Positions 49,196 to 62,092 of a stretch of 64,000 bases of DNA are shown here, in pieces. Made by a program: the position numbers and the translations under genes. The first letter of the stretch is position 1. Each line of letters begins with the position of its first letter. This DNA is from Sphyrna mokarran (lineage: Eukaryota): contig JAGIQG010000003.1 in the NCBI GenBank assembly GCA_024679065.1, forward strand, positions 105,586,001-105,650,000, in the 5' to 3' direction. A model generated the notes under the pieces. It saw only the letters and a list, made by a program, of their open reading frames with translations. It had not been told where the DNA came from and ran no database searches.

Positions 49196-50514
49196 TAGAA
49201 GAGAATTTGCTGTCAGCAGGAATGTTATCAATGAGAATGGAGAGCGAGAAATCTTTTGATTGCAAACCCACTCAGAAGCCACAATGAAAAAAAACAAGCA
49301 ATTTTCCAACTAACGTTTAATATTAGTTTGTCAATCAGTTAATTCCCCAATCAGGCACTCCCTGGATGCAGCTGTGCTCTGACGGTGTGCTGCTCAAGAA
49401 ATCCTTGTTACACAAGCCACTGATTTTCGGTCCATTAATTTAAATGTATATAAAATCAAGTTTGGCTTACAGAATGTAAAAAAGCAATTTATGCATCCAA
49501 AATTGTGCAAATGAAGACATTAATATGCATGTGTGATTTTTTTGAGATTCTGACGAAAACCTGCACAACACTAATCCTGCTCAAAGTGCACATTAGAAAC
49601 AAACAAAATTTCCATACATGCAGAAGAAAGTTCTCAAGATCATTTACTATTGATGATGGAATTTGCTAATAAAGTGTTAAATGATAGAGCTCAAAAGCAT
49701 GCATCACACATATTAATGTGCAAAACTCAGAAAATCTGAAATCTTAAAGTATTATGTTTGGATTTAAAATGTTTTAGGATGTTCTCTTGTATGTCTCCTG
49801 TGGTCCTTTCAATGCATTATATAAGTTAAAAAGTCGAATGTACCATTGATGGGTTTTGACAATTCTATTTGCATTCTCAATAAATTAGTTTTGCCTTTTT
49901 TTAAAAACATTTTCGGAAAATTCTTAAACATGAGTTACAGCTATTCTAATCTTTTCCTTGTAATCTACCTTTTTATTCCAAATCCCCAATCCTTGAACAA
50001 CTTGTCAATGACCATGAGTAGAAATATGTAATGCAGCAGAACATTTCTCAAGCATTTCATGCTCCTTAAGCTTGTAAACTGGATTGCAGACATATTCTTA
50101 CATCATTACAATTCTTTTTAAGGCTGTTAATGTACTTGCTAGCTTTTCATATATTAGTGAAGAACTCTTTCTGAAAGATTTATTGTCTAACAGAATTGAC
50201 ACAAGCACCTTCATGAGGCCCAATGATACTTCACCCAAATGTCACATTTTACAATCAGTTTTCTTTGAAATGTAGGAGGAAATGAATATCTATAATCCTT
50301 CCTGCTACCATTATAATAAGAGTATGCCTCCCTATGGATGGAGTAGGATAACTTTCAATACAATACTCAACTCTTGACAGATGGATATCAGCGTGAGAAA
50401 TACTTGTGTGATTGAGAGTTTGAAAATGCTGACTCAAATGTTTGTGGTGGGTTAACCTAACAAAATCTAGCAGACTTTTATCTAAGATCTTCTCCAGCAA
50501 GATAAAACTTTAAA

Positions 50515-51420
50515 ATATAAGAACCAAGAGGAGTAGGCCATTTAGTATATTGAGCTTGCTACGGCATTCAACGAGATCATGGCTAACCTGATTCAGCCTT
50601 AATTCCAGTTTACTGCCTGCCATCAATAAGAATCTCATTGTCCTGAAATCCAATCAGTACAGGCCCAACCTGCACAACATTTCCTCGTAATTTAAACCCT
50701 TCATCCCAGGAATCAAGTTATCTTAACTATCTCTAATTCAAGCATATCCCTCCTTCATTGAGACCAAAACTACATAGCCCTCGAGTTGCGATTTACCAAT
50801 GCTCTGAAAGACTGCCCTACTTTTAAACTCAATCCCTCTTGCAATTGTCTTTCTAACTTCTATATCTATATACTAACCCTTTCATGCACGAAGACTCTTG
50901 GGATCACTTTTACTTCTCTATTCTGAAGCTTCTCTTCATTTAAATGATATTCTTCTTTTCCATTCTTCCTTCTAGACAACCTCACATTTTCTCACATTAC
51001 ACTTCATCTATCAATTTTTTGCTCACTCACTTTATCTATCTTTATACCTTTGCAATCTTTATATTATCAGCAAATTCTCACCATCTAAATAAATAACATA
51101 GGTTTTAAACAGTTGAGATCCCAACACTGATCTCTGTGGTCTCCACTACTTACAGTTTGCCAATCTGAAAGTGATCCATTTATCCCAACTCTCTGTTTCC
51201 TGTTCATTAGCTGCTCTTCTACAAATGCAAATATCTTTAACGTCACAAGCTCTTGTGGTATCATATCAAATACTTTTTGGAAATACAAGCACATCATTTC
51301 AACTGATTCCCATCAATCAATTCTACTTATTACATCCTCAAAGAACTCTAATAAAATTGTCCAGTATAATTTCCATTTCATAAAACCATGCTGAGTCAGT
51401 TTAATTGTATTATGATTTTT
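50515..51420 (-). mobile_element. Old CR1 fragment
   Basis: ORF 51085-51297 YFQKVFD...RKQRVGINGSLSDWQTVSSG; CR1 tail at ~50515-50545. Confidence 0.8.
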
Positions 51421-52020
51421 TAAAATAATTATGAAGGTCCTTTATAACCTTCATAGCAAGCTGAAACATTTGAAGCCCTTTGTATTGCTTTGAAAACCTT
51501 TGATCTCTTTCAATTTCATAGTGCAATGCTTTGAAATAGGCTTTCATTCCCGGCTTAATGAATGTCTACTCAGCCTCTAGTCAACTATGTTTATTGACCT
51601 TTCCCTTCATGCTTGAATGCATCTCAAGTCCCCCACTGTTCCTAACTGAAATGGTTACAAAAACTCTAAACCTGATTAACAGCTATGGTTTTTCAAAGGG
51701 AATAAGCGGTCTACAAAAGAGGAAGTAAAAACTATTTGGTTTAAAGCTCTCCTTACAATCCTACATTCACAATAGTGAATCAAATAGAATGTTACCACTG
51801 CCTCACAACTGAATTGGGGAGAAAAAATTAGTTAAGAGAGACTGAGGAAAATGGAACAGAAGAAAGTGGTCAGTGTACAAACCAGACTGAAATGTACCTA
51901 CGTCTCATTGACAAATGTAGGGCCTGCTTACTTTTAAAGGTCAGACTACTGTTGCAGTAATTTGCTTTTTATAAAGGACTTGCTTTATAAATGATGTTGT
52001 GAATCTGAATCACATTAATT

Positions 52021-52344
52021 CGGGGAGACACAGTGGTTAGCACTGTTGCTTTACAATGCCAGAGACTCAGGTTCGATTCCTGGCTTGAATCAAACCCGGA
52101 TTCCTGGCACTGTGTGGAGACTGCATGTTGTCCCCTTGTCTGCCTGGTTTCCTCCAGGTGCTCCAGTTTCCTCCCACACTCCAAAGATGTGCAGGTTAGA
52201 TGGATTGGCCATACTAAATTGCCCCTTAGTGTCAAGGGATTAGAACGGTAAATATATGGGATAGGGCCTGGGTGGAATTGTTGTCAGTGTTGGATCGATG
52301 GGCCGAATGGTCTTCTACACTTTAGAACTTCTGTGATTCTATGA
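52021..52344 (+). mobile_element. HE1-type V-SINE
   Basis: Head, V core, GGGCCGAATGG motif and GATTCTATGA tail. Confidence 0.9.
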
Positions 52345-52399
52345 ATTCCCAGTTGAAGTGAGGTGCAATCCTCCTGCTTCATAGGTAATTGGAGTGGTT

Positions 52400-53760
52400 A
52401 TCTATAGACGACTATACAACTCCAGCACAATCAGTATCTTGAAACGGGAGGGCACAACCTGTAACAGAGTCCAGGTCCATGTGGGACAGGATGCAGTCAG
52501 GACTGACATGCAACTGGTCTGGTTAACCATCAATAGTCATCCCCCAAGAGGAAATGTGATTTACCTAAACATCACAGCCTTACTACCTGCAAGTGAATTG
52601 TTCAGACTATTCACTGTCTATTTCGTCACCTCCATACACAGTTTTATAATGACATTTTCAATCATGGTGCTGCTGCTGCTGATAGCTTCCAATCATTCAC
52701 TGCTTTCTGGTAACTTCATCATATCACATGCTCGTTGAGAGGCTGTGCTAATTTGAGAATTGTTGTCATCTTATTTTAGGGCAAAAAAAGTATTACCTTT
52801 GTCTACACACTACACACCACACAAAACCTCCTCACCCAATCTGTAAGTGTGCAGAGCCCCAGTACTTAATTTACAGGTTAGCATATGGTGGAATAATCTG
52901 AGCAAGTCCAATTTTCAGCTAGGACAGCAGGCAAGAATAAACTGGACAGTTTGCTGGAGAGACAGGAGATGGCTGAATGATATGCTAAATTAAATGTTTT
53001 AAGCATTGGCAAGCTCCACCAGAAGGTCTGCATGTAATGACAGGAAGCATGGAAGATTCCAGCATTCATGACACAGGGCTTTGAACAGAACTTGGAGTCC
53101 ATTCTTTCCACAGTGGAATCAATAGCCTGTTCCATTAACACACTTGTAAAATCAATACTGTCTGATGGTCAATATTGCAGTTTCCATCTTGGCACAAACA
53201 GCAAGCTCCAAAGTCTGGCAGTTGCAGTGGAAGTCAAACTGAATTCAGCTTGTTACCATCCAAACTCAGACTGCTCCAATGAAAAGCTCAGCTTGTGACA
53301 CACACTCTGACTGTTGCTGAAAATATTACAGATACCAGTGGTCAAAGAGGCATGCAGGGTTTTAAAGTAGTTCAGCATCTTATACTTGAACAGAATACAT
53401 GGATGACTTGGGTGCTATCCTGGGAGAAGGGCAATAGATCCATACAGCATGACCCTACTGTCCCCTCTCAGGATGACAAGATTTGTTTCCTCACTCCTAC
53501 TCTTCACCACTGCCCCTATTGATGTCTGTTAGCCAGCTTATTCAGAATGCTGCCACTCATGCCAAGATGGTAATTTCAATGTTGGGCCTAATGGGACTTG
53601 GGCCACTTGTGCTTCTCCTACACGGTTATCTGCATTCTCCCTATTAAAAAATAGCAGTCATGCTGCAGTCACTGTGGTCGTGCTATGCCGGAACATTAAA
53701 ACAGGCAAAGGCACACAAAAGAAATGCAGAAGGGAACACGGTAATTAGTTGACATCTATA
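52400..53760 (+). pseudogene. Probable accessory (Myb/SANT-like) gene remnant of a Harbinger element
   Basis: Coiled-coil-like MTQGFEQNLESILSTVESIACSINTLV; lies convergent with the transposase below. Myb domain itself not recognised. Confidence 0.4.
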
Positions 53761-54218
53761 TGCCAGATGGCAAGGTTTGATTTAAACTTTGTTTGGAATG
53801 TTCATTTTATTTCAGACTTGTAGGCAAGCAAATGGTGTGATAGTTGGTGACAAAGGAAAGGTGAAGTTTGGCATTGTTGGTGAATGGGGAAATAAGGTTT
53901 ACTCTAAAATCACAGTTGGGAGAATCAATAATGGACAGCTAACCAGAAAAGGACTTTTTTAATTGTCTTCTTCTTTCACTTTCCTCCTTGCTTCCCTCTC
54001 CTTCTCTTCCTTCTGCTGATCACTTAATACCTGGTAGCAAGAGCTGTGCCCCTATAGCAAAGTTGGAAAACATTCAGCAGACCACCGCAAATCTGACCTT
54101 ATGCTTTGATAGGTACTGCATGACACCTCCAGAGCAGTCCAGACATTGTTTTAGCATTCCAATGGTCTGTTCTATTATATTTCTTGTGACAGCATGGCTT
54201 TCATCGCATGCAAGGTAA

Positions 54219-54609
54219 GATGGTGGTATAAGATTAGTAATGTTGCTAGATTAGTAACCTAGAGAGATGGGTACATGGGTTCAAATCTCACCAGAGCAGC
54301 TCACGGAATTCAAATTCAGTTAATAAATCTGGACTTTAAAGCATGTCTCAGCAATGCTGATCATGAATCTATCATTGATTGTCATAAAATACACTTCTGG
54401 TTCACTAATGACCTTTAGGAAAGGAAATCTGCCATCCTTACCCAGTCTGGCCTACACGTGACTCTAAATACATAGCAATGTTGTTAACTCTTAACAGCCT
54501 TCTGATGTGACCTAGCAAGCCATTCAGGTCAACGGTCAAGGGCAATTAAGGATGGGCAACAAATGCTGATCTTGCCAGCAATGCCTATATCTCATGAAAA
54601 GAAAAAAAA
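54219..54609 (+). mobile_element. DeuSINE-like (SacSINE1-like) SINE, near full length
   Basis: tRNA-like head (TGGGTTCAAATCTC), central CTGGTTCACTAATGACCTTTAGGAAAGGAAATCTGCCATCCTTACC domain, tail GGGCAACAAATGCTG...CATGAAAAG(A)n. Confidence 0.75.
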
Positions 54610-54614
54610 TGCTG

Positions 54615-54972
54615 TCCACACGTACAGGATGGATATGGAGCAGCTGGTCCTCTTAACTGAAGGATCAGTTACAAGGGGACAGAAGTTAAATGTGAGGGGT
54701 AGGAGATTTAGGGGAGATTTGAGGAAAAACCTTTTTTGCACAGAGGATGGTGACCATCTGGAATGCACTGCCTGGAAGGATGATAGAGGCAGGTGCTTCA
54801 CATCCTTTAAAAAGCATCTGGATGAGTACTTGGCATGCCATAACATTCAAGGCTATGGGCCAAGTGCTGGCAAGAGGAATTAGGTGGGCAGATCAAGGCC
54901 TTTCATGTATTGATGCAGATTCGATGGTCCTAATGGCCTCTTCTGCACTGTAGTATTCTGTGATTCTGTGAC
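54615..54972 (+). mobile_element. CR1 3' fragment
   Basis: SVTRGQKLNVRGRRFRGDLRKN; WNALP; tail ATTCTGTGATTCTGTGA. Confidence 0.85.
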
Positions 54973-56616
54973 TCACATATATCAGAGTATTGAGCCAAGT
55001 GATGCCTGTGGAGTGAGCAATCAATGACATCCTGCACCTCAGGAAAACCTCCAATCCTCACAAAGCAACATTATGACAAAAGAGAGTGAAATACGTTATT
55101 TTGGAATGCAGAACTTTGTGTAGTAGAGGGTGGCAAAATGGCAAATACTGCCAATTCCAGCATAGAAGGAGGCCACTGCATGAAAGTTCATGGCCCTGAT
55201 CACCTTCACAGCCACTGTCAATGTCATCCTCAGCCTTCTCTAATGTTTCAGTTGCGGCTGCAGCAGGTAGCAAATTTCAGTTAGAATGTTCTTACTGAAG
55301 CTCTGAGTACCCTCGCAAAAATATCCAGTATTTACACTGGGGACCACCAGGATTTTCACCCTCTTGTTTCCCTTGCTCATTACTAATAGATGTTCAAAGA
55401 AACAAGGTTTATTCTTTGTCAGCCACTTGCATATATCTGTGCTTGATGTCTGAGATTGTTTCCATGAACTGGACAGAGGCCCATGAGATTGCATTAACTT
55501 TCACAGTGCTGAATTATCTTCTAAGCTTGCAAAAGGCTACGACCATATTTTGATGTATGTAATACAAAATAAATATATTTCATTACCAGCAGAATATAGA
55601 TGAAGAGCTAATGATTTTAATTTCTCTCACTTCTCATCATAGCCATGATGAAAAATAATGCAATATTATGACAAGCATGATACAACGATGCATCTCCCGA
55701 ATCCTGTGGCACGGTGAAAATGCTGAAAAGCTGAAATCATTAAATGAACATTGTGAAGAATTAAATCCAGGACTTCAGACTAGCTTCCCATTGCTCAGCC
55801 AGTTGAGCTACTTACCACTCCTACAAAACAATATGTATAAAAGTAAACTCTTAACTATTTGCAAATGTTGCTCATTAAAATAATTTATAAAGCATACGGA
55901 ACAAAATAAACAGTGCTCAGTTTACAGCAATAAGTAAACATAACTCTTTTAAAATTCTAATGTAAAACATACTGACACAGTTCTGATTATGTTCTAAAAT
56001 GTAAATACTACACTTAAGAATGAGTAGAAAAGGAGAGAGAATAATCATCAAAGTCTGCTAAGTATTGTTACATACAATTTGCATCTAATGTTCCTGCTTG
56101 TAGGGCAGAAGGACCAAAATGAAATACTGAATCTGTCAAACATCTGAACCCAACGTAGCATGCTTCCACATTGCTATTTATCTCCCACTCTACTAAAGCT
56201 CACTTTTGATCACCAGAGACAATGTCTATTATGCATTGACATTTAGCTATTGTAGATAAAGATTAGACAAATAATTTGCACAAAAATATTAAACAAAACA
56301 GCTCACTTAAATACCATAACAATTGAACAACTACAACAAAGCTAATGCACAAAAGTAAAAGGCCAAGGAAAAACTAAAATTTTGGTTAAAAATCATCAGC
56401 GTTGTCTTTGAAGTTAGGAAGGAAGCCAATCACCTGTGATAATTCAGCTTTGTAAACTAAAGATTAGAAACAAAACATTTTCCTCACTCTAATTAATGAG
56501 ATATGTTTATAATTCTGAAAGAGACTTGCTTTGAACAAAAATGTATATATGTTGTATGTCTGCTGACGCTATCAGGATGAAGCATCAGCAAAGACCTGGC
56601 TTCAAGCACAGCACTC

Positions 56617-57476
56617 AGTCATAGAGGGTTACAGCTTGGAAATAGGCCCCTCAGCCCAACTTGCCCATGCTGTCCAGTTTTTACTGCTAAGCTAATCCCA
56701 ATTGCCCACATTCGGCCCATATCCTTTTATATCCATCTTACCCATGTAATCATCTAAATGCTTTTTAAAGAACAATATTGTATTGGCCTCTACTGCTGCC
56801 TTTTGCAGTTTATTCCAGACATTCATCACCCTCTGAGTGAAAAAGTTGTCCCTCTGGATTCTTTTGTATCTCTCCCCTCTTACCTTAAACCTATGCCTTC
56901 TAGTTTTAGATTCCCTACTTTTGAAAAAAGATGTTGCACGTCATTATTTTATAAACCTCTATAAGATCACCCCTTAGCCTCCTGCATTGCAAGGAAAAAA
57001 GTTCCAGTCTATCCAGTCTCTCCTTATAACTCAAGACTTGACAGCATCCTAGTTAAATCTTTTCTGCATTCTTTCTAATTTAATAATATCCTTTCTTAAT
57101 TAGGATGACCAGAACTGTACATAGTATTCCAAGTGTGGCCTTGCTAGTGTCTTGTACAACTTCAGCAAAACGTCCCAACTCCTGATTCAATGTTCTGACA
57201 ATGAAACCAAGCATGCCAAATGCCTTCTTCATCACCCTGTCCATGTGAGACTCCACTTTCAAGGAACTATACTCCTAGATCTGTACTCATAGATCTCTTT
57301 GTTCTATAACTCTCCCCAATGCCTTACCATTAACACCTGTTCTGATTTGATCTATCAAAATGCATTTACCTAAATTAAACTCCATCTGTTATTCATGGCC
57401 CACTGGCCCAATAAATCAAGATCCTGTTGCAAACCTAGATAACTTTCTTCACTGTCCACTATGCCACCAATCTTGG
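56617..57476 (-). mobile_element. CR1 3' fragment
   Basis: KVESHMDRVMKKAFGMLGFI, RPHLEY region, CR1 tail. Confidence 0.85.
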
Positions 57477-57825
57477 CGAAATCACTCATGGAATGAAATG
57501 AAATATATGTTGTAATATCTATGATATACTGTAATATTCAATGAGGCCACGTTCCATTAAGTTAATAGCTCTTTTATAATTGAAATGCAATTTTCACATT
57601 TACCTAAATTAAACTCCATCTGTTATTCATGGCCCACTGGCCCAATAAATCAAGATCCTGTTGCAAACCTAGATAACTTTCTTCACTGTCCACTATGCCA
57701 CCAATCTTGGCGAAATCACTCATGGAATGAAATGAAATATATGTTGTAATATCTATGATATACCGTAATATTCAATGAGGCCACTTTCCATTAAGTTAAT
57801 AGCTCTTTTAGAATTGAAATGCAAT
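57363..57825. repeat. Recent tandem duplication, period 234 bp
   Basis: 57363-57591 and 57597-57825 differ at three positions by eye. Confidence 0.95.
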
Positions 57826-58487
57826 ATATTTCAGGGCCATATTTTTGATTAAATTTTAATCTTATGGTGTAGCACCCCAAACCTACATAAGGTCATTGTA
57901 TTATGGCAAATGGATTGAAATCTGAAATTATCATTGTATTTTTAAACTGAAGTTTTTAAAATTGCTTTTTGTTATTAATTTTAAATGTTCCACACTCTTC
58001 ATTATTGATCAATGATAAACTTCAGCAGATTACAAAAGGTACCAATAAAACAGTTAAGCAGATTTGTATAGGATGATTCTCAATCAGCTCACATCTACAA
58101 GGGCAGAGAGATAGTAAAAGCAGAAAACAAGAAAATCAACCAATGTCACTACTCCTCATAGTCAGTATGCTTCAGAATGAGAGCATCATTGGATTTAACT
58201 ATAAACCCTTTTAGCCATAATTCATACATAAAGGATGACCAGTTAATCAGGATACTAGAAGATTGTCAGAGCTATTGAATCATATGGCATTATTATTCAC
58301 TACCCTCAGAGAAGAAGGAAGAAAAATGGCACCAATTGCTTTACCAAAATCATCAATTATAAATGTATGGCTTTAACTGTATCCCTATTCCTTGTCACAA
58401 ATTCCAAATTTTCATAAATCAGGTTTAAAGGTCACTGATTTTTCTGTTACCAGTGACACAGATATAAGTAAGGACTTGACATGATTG

Positions 58488-59948
58488 ATTGGTTACGGGT
58501 GTGGTTCCGGAGGACTGGAGGATAGCGAATGTGGTCCCGATGTTCAAGAAGGGGAAGAGAGACCTTCCAGGGAATTATAGGCCAGTGAGTCTTACTTCTG
58601 TGGTGGGCAAAGTGTTGGAGAGAATAATTAGGGATAGGATTTATAGTTATTTAGAGAGTAATGAATTGATTGGAGATAGTCAGCATGGTTTTGTGAAGGG
58701 TAGGTCGTGCCTTACTAACCTCATTGAGTTTTTTGAAAAAGTGACTAAGGAGGTGGATGGGGGTAAGGCGGTTGATGTGGTATATATGGACTTTAGTAAG
58801 GCGTTTGATAAGGTGGCCCATGGAAGACTTCTGCAGAAAATGCAGATGTATGGGATAGAGGGTGATTTAGCTAATTGGGTTAGGAATTGGCTAGCAGATA
58901 GAAGACAGAGGGTGGTGGTTGATGGGAGATATTCATCTTGGAGTTCGGTGACAAGTGGTGTACCTCAGGGGTCTGTTTTGGGGCCCCTGCTGTTTGTAAT
59001 TTTTATAAATGATCTGGATGAGGGTATTGAAGGATGGATTAGTAAATTTGCAGATGACACTAAAGTCGGTGGAGTGGTAGATAGTGAAGAGGGGTGTTAT
59101 AGTTTGCAGAGAGACTTGGACAAGTTGCAGAGCTGGGCCGAGAGGTGGCAAATGGAGTTTAATGTGGAAAAGTGTGAGGTAATGCACTATGGCAGAAATA
59201 ATAAATGTGTAGAGTATAGGGCTAATGGTAGGATTCTTAGTAGTCTTGATGAACAGAGGGATCTTGGTGTGTATGTGCATAGATCCCTGAAAGTAGGCAG
59301 TCAGGTCGAGAAGGTTGTTAGGAAGGCATATGGAGTCTTGGCTTTTATTGGTAGAGGGATTGAATTTCGGAGCCGCAACGTCATGTTGCAACTGTACAAA
59401 ACTCTAGTGCGGCCGCACTTGGAGTATTGTGTGCAGTTCTGGTCCCCACATTATAAGAAAGATGTGGAGGCATTGGAGAGGGTACAGAGGAGGTTTACCA
59501 GGATGTTGCCTGGTATGGAGGGCAGGTCTTATGAAGAGAGGCTGAGGGATTTGAGGTTGTTTTCGTTAGAAAGGAGGCGGCTAAGAGGAGACCTTATCGA
59601 AACATATAAGATGATTAGAGGTTTAGATAGGGTGGACAGTGATAGCCTTTTTCCTAGGATGGAGAAAGCTAGCACGAGGGGACACAGCTTTAAATTAAGG
59701 GGTGATAGTTATAGGACGGATATCAGAGGTAGGTTCTTTACCCAAAGGGTGGTTAGGGAGTGGAATGCCCTGCCTGCAGCAGTTGTAGATGCGCCAAGTT
59801 TGGTGGCGTTTAAGAGGTTAGTTGATAAGTATATGGAAGAGAAGGGAATGGTTTAGTTTGGAGGGGCATTGCTTTTTATATTGGTCGGCGCAACATCGAA
59901 GGCCGAAGGGCCTGTTCTGTGCTGTAATGTTCTATGTTCTATGTTCTA
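58488..59948 (+). mobile_element. Young 5'-truncated CR1 LINE
   Basis: Open frame plus 3' UTR and (GTTCTAT)n tail; same subfamily as 10865-12555. Confidence 0.95.
58489..59856 (+). CDS. CR1 LINE ORF2, reverse transcriptase and C-terminus (5'-truncated, uninterrupted frame)
   Basis: 455 codons with no stop: [56 protein letters not shown]. No endonuclease domain and no true ATG start. Confidence 0.9.
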   Translation: MVTGVVPEDWRIANVVPMFKKGKRDLPGNYRPVSLTSVVGKVLERIIRDRIYSYLESNELIGDSQHGFVKGRSCLTNLIEFFEKVTKEVDGGKAVDVVYMDFSKAFDKVAHGRLLQKMQMYGIEGDLANWVRNWLADRRQRVVVDGRYSSWSSVTSGVPQGSVLGPLLFVIFINDLDEGIEGWISKFADDTKVGGVVDSEEGCYSLQRDLDKLQSWAERWQMEFNVEKCEVMHYGRNNKCVEYRANGRILSSLDEQRDLGVYVHRSLKVGSQVEKVVRKAYGVLAFIGRGIEFRSRNVMLQLYKTLVRPHLEYCVQFWSPHYKKDVEALERVQRRFTRMLPGMEGRSYEERLRDLRLFSLERRRLRGDLIETYKMIRGLDRVDSDSLFPRMEKASTRGHSFKLRGDSYRTDIRGRFFTQRVVREWNALPAAVVDAPSLVAFKRLVDKYMEEKGMV

Positions 59949-59952
59949 AAAC

Positions 59953-60640
59953 CTTTTTTTTTCATTAAACAGTTATGTGTCTTATTTTTGGGCCAATATT
60001 AAATTCCCATTTTGAATTGCCCTTGTATTTAGCAAGCCACTCAGAGGGCATTTAAAAGTCAACTATGTTGCTGTGGTCAGATAAGATAAAGGCTGGGTAA
60101 ACTTGATAGATTTTCTTTCCTAAGAGACATTAGTGAACAAAATGGGTTTTTACAACAATGGTTTTAATGGTTATTATTAGATCTTTAATTCCAGAATTTT
60201 TTTTAAACTTACGTAACCCACGCATTATCACTGCTCTCTGGATTACTGGACTAGCGTCAATAACATGAGGCCACTACTTCTCTTTTACTAAAGTTATTTT
60301 TGTTTTAATCAGTAATGGAATTTGGACTTCACTGGCTAGGTCAGCCCAATCCCAATTGCCCATCCCAATTTACCCCTGAACTGAGCGGCTTATTAGGCCA
60401 TTTAGGCCTAACACTTCTACATTGTTGTAGGTCTGTAGTCAGATGGAGGCCTGACCAGGTAAGGATGGTAAATTTTATTCCCTGGAAGATATTAGTGAAC
60501 GAGATGAGCTTTTTCAATAATCACCAATGACTTCATAGAGATCATTAGAATTTTAATTCCAGACTTTTTTACTGACCCAGGTTGCCAGAGCATGGATCTC
60601 TGAATCATTAATTTAGTAACTGTACCAGTAAGCTACTGCA
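59953..60640 (-). mobile_element. Two adjacent decayed DeuSINE-like copies
   Basis: Domain ...TTCACTAAT(G/A)TC...GGAA...ATCT and ATTAGA.TTTTAATTCCAGA each occur twice (~60100-60200 and ~60460-60565). Confidence 0.6.
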
Positions 60641-61487
60641 CACCCCCACCACCCCCCCTTACCATTGGTTTCAGCAAGGGCAACCATTTCACACATCAAA
60701 CCCAAACTGGATCTGCAAAGACAATTTAGCTAGTCCCATTCCGCTGCCTTTCCTACACACAGCCATATTTTTTTTCTCTTTTGGGTGTTTATCTGATTCC
60801 CCTTTAAAAATTACAGTTGAATCTGCCTCCACTACCCTTTATTCTATTCCAAAGGTCAGTTGGTGAAGTATGCTATTTGAGCTAATCTTTACGCAGTCTT
60901 CCATTTATGTACAACTAAAACCATGCAAAACTACAATTCCTAACTCAACCATACCACAGTTTCAGTATGTGTCTCTTTTTATAAGCTGAAATGAAAACAC
61001 ACTTAACATCCTCCACTTGCATATAATTAAACTCAATTGATATCTAATCCCTTCTCAGCAGATTCCAGATTATAACTACTTGCTGCACTTCGGCTGAGGT
61101 AGTGAAAGAAGTGAGGTGAAGATGGTGGCATCCTGGAGGCAGGACAGCCTGAGTTATGTTCAGCATCTCCAAATCTTTGCACAAGCAGTGAATGCTGTCC
61201 TAAAATTCCAGTGCAGATGTACATGTCAAAGTCAACAAGCTGGAAGGGTAATTTGTCCCAAGCAGCTTCCACAGCCCTGAGCTTTTCAATATGAGAACTC
61301 CTGAAAGATGGAACTGCAAACCCATTTGAAGACTGTATCTGCAAAAATGACCAAACACTAATTAAAAATCCAAATCTTATTTGAATGAAAAAGAGATGTT
61401 CCTCATGTTGCCTTTGGTTCATTCAGCAATCACTTTAAATCTGTGTGGTCTGATTCTCATCACTTTCTCCAGTTGGAATCACTTCAC

Positions 61488-61932
61488 TGAGGGGAATCTT
61501 ACTAAAAACTGGCAGTATTGGTTCCGATGAGAAAAACAGTTTACTTCTCGCTGGAGAAACAGGCTGGTTTTCTCTCCAAATTTCACCACATTCTATACAA
61601 AAAACAAGTGGGCATGTTTCACACTGTTATGTAGAGGGCAAAGATTCAACATACCTTCAAAACCCAGTTGCACTGAGATTGGGGTGCCATGTTAAAGGAA
61701 TGTCATAATCAAAGCAAAAAGTAATCTCCCTTCTTCAAACTCACCACAGGGGCCTGAGAGACAGCTCCCCATCCTTCTCAATTGGACAGGCATTTATCCC
61801 ACCAACCCCTCAGATCAAAAGTGGCATTTACCCCCATCATTCACAATCGGAGCCGGCATTTGTCCTCCAGCACCCACTATGCCCTCTAGCAGTCAGTGTT
61901 GGCGGTGATGGGTACAGAGGAAAAATTCCCCT
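61488..61932. mobile_element. Probable Harbinger-type MITE
   Basis: Ends GGGGAATCTTAC / GAAAAATTCCCC. Confidence 0.45.
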
Positions 61933-62092
61933 TCCCCTCCACTTCATTCCTTTCCCTCCATTTTACACCTTTTGTCAATGACATTCTCTAGCCCACACAA
62001 AATCTGTTATTTGCTTTGAAGTTCTTCAAAAAGGAACAGATACTTTTCCTGAGTCATTGCCCCTGAATCAAATATGTCAGAACATATGCAAT

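Larger units (their letters stand above)
53960..55420 (-). pseudogene. Harbinger (HARBI1-like) DDE transposase pseudogene, interrupted
   Basis: Minus strand: SFSKNILTEICYLLQPQL (~55300-55250), TLTVAVKVIRAMNFHAVASFYAGIGSIC (~55225-55140), ESHAVTRNIIEQTIGMLKQCLDCSGGVMQY (~54205-54113). Confidence 0.85.

Noticed and set aside
58933-59391. 152-aa antisense ORF
   Set aside because: Shadow frame of the CR1 RT.
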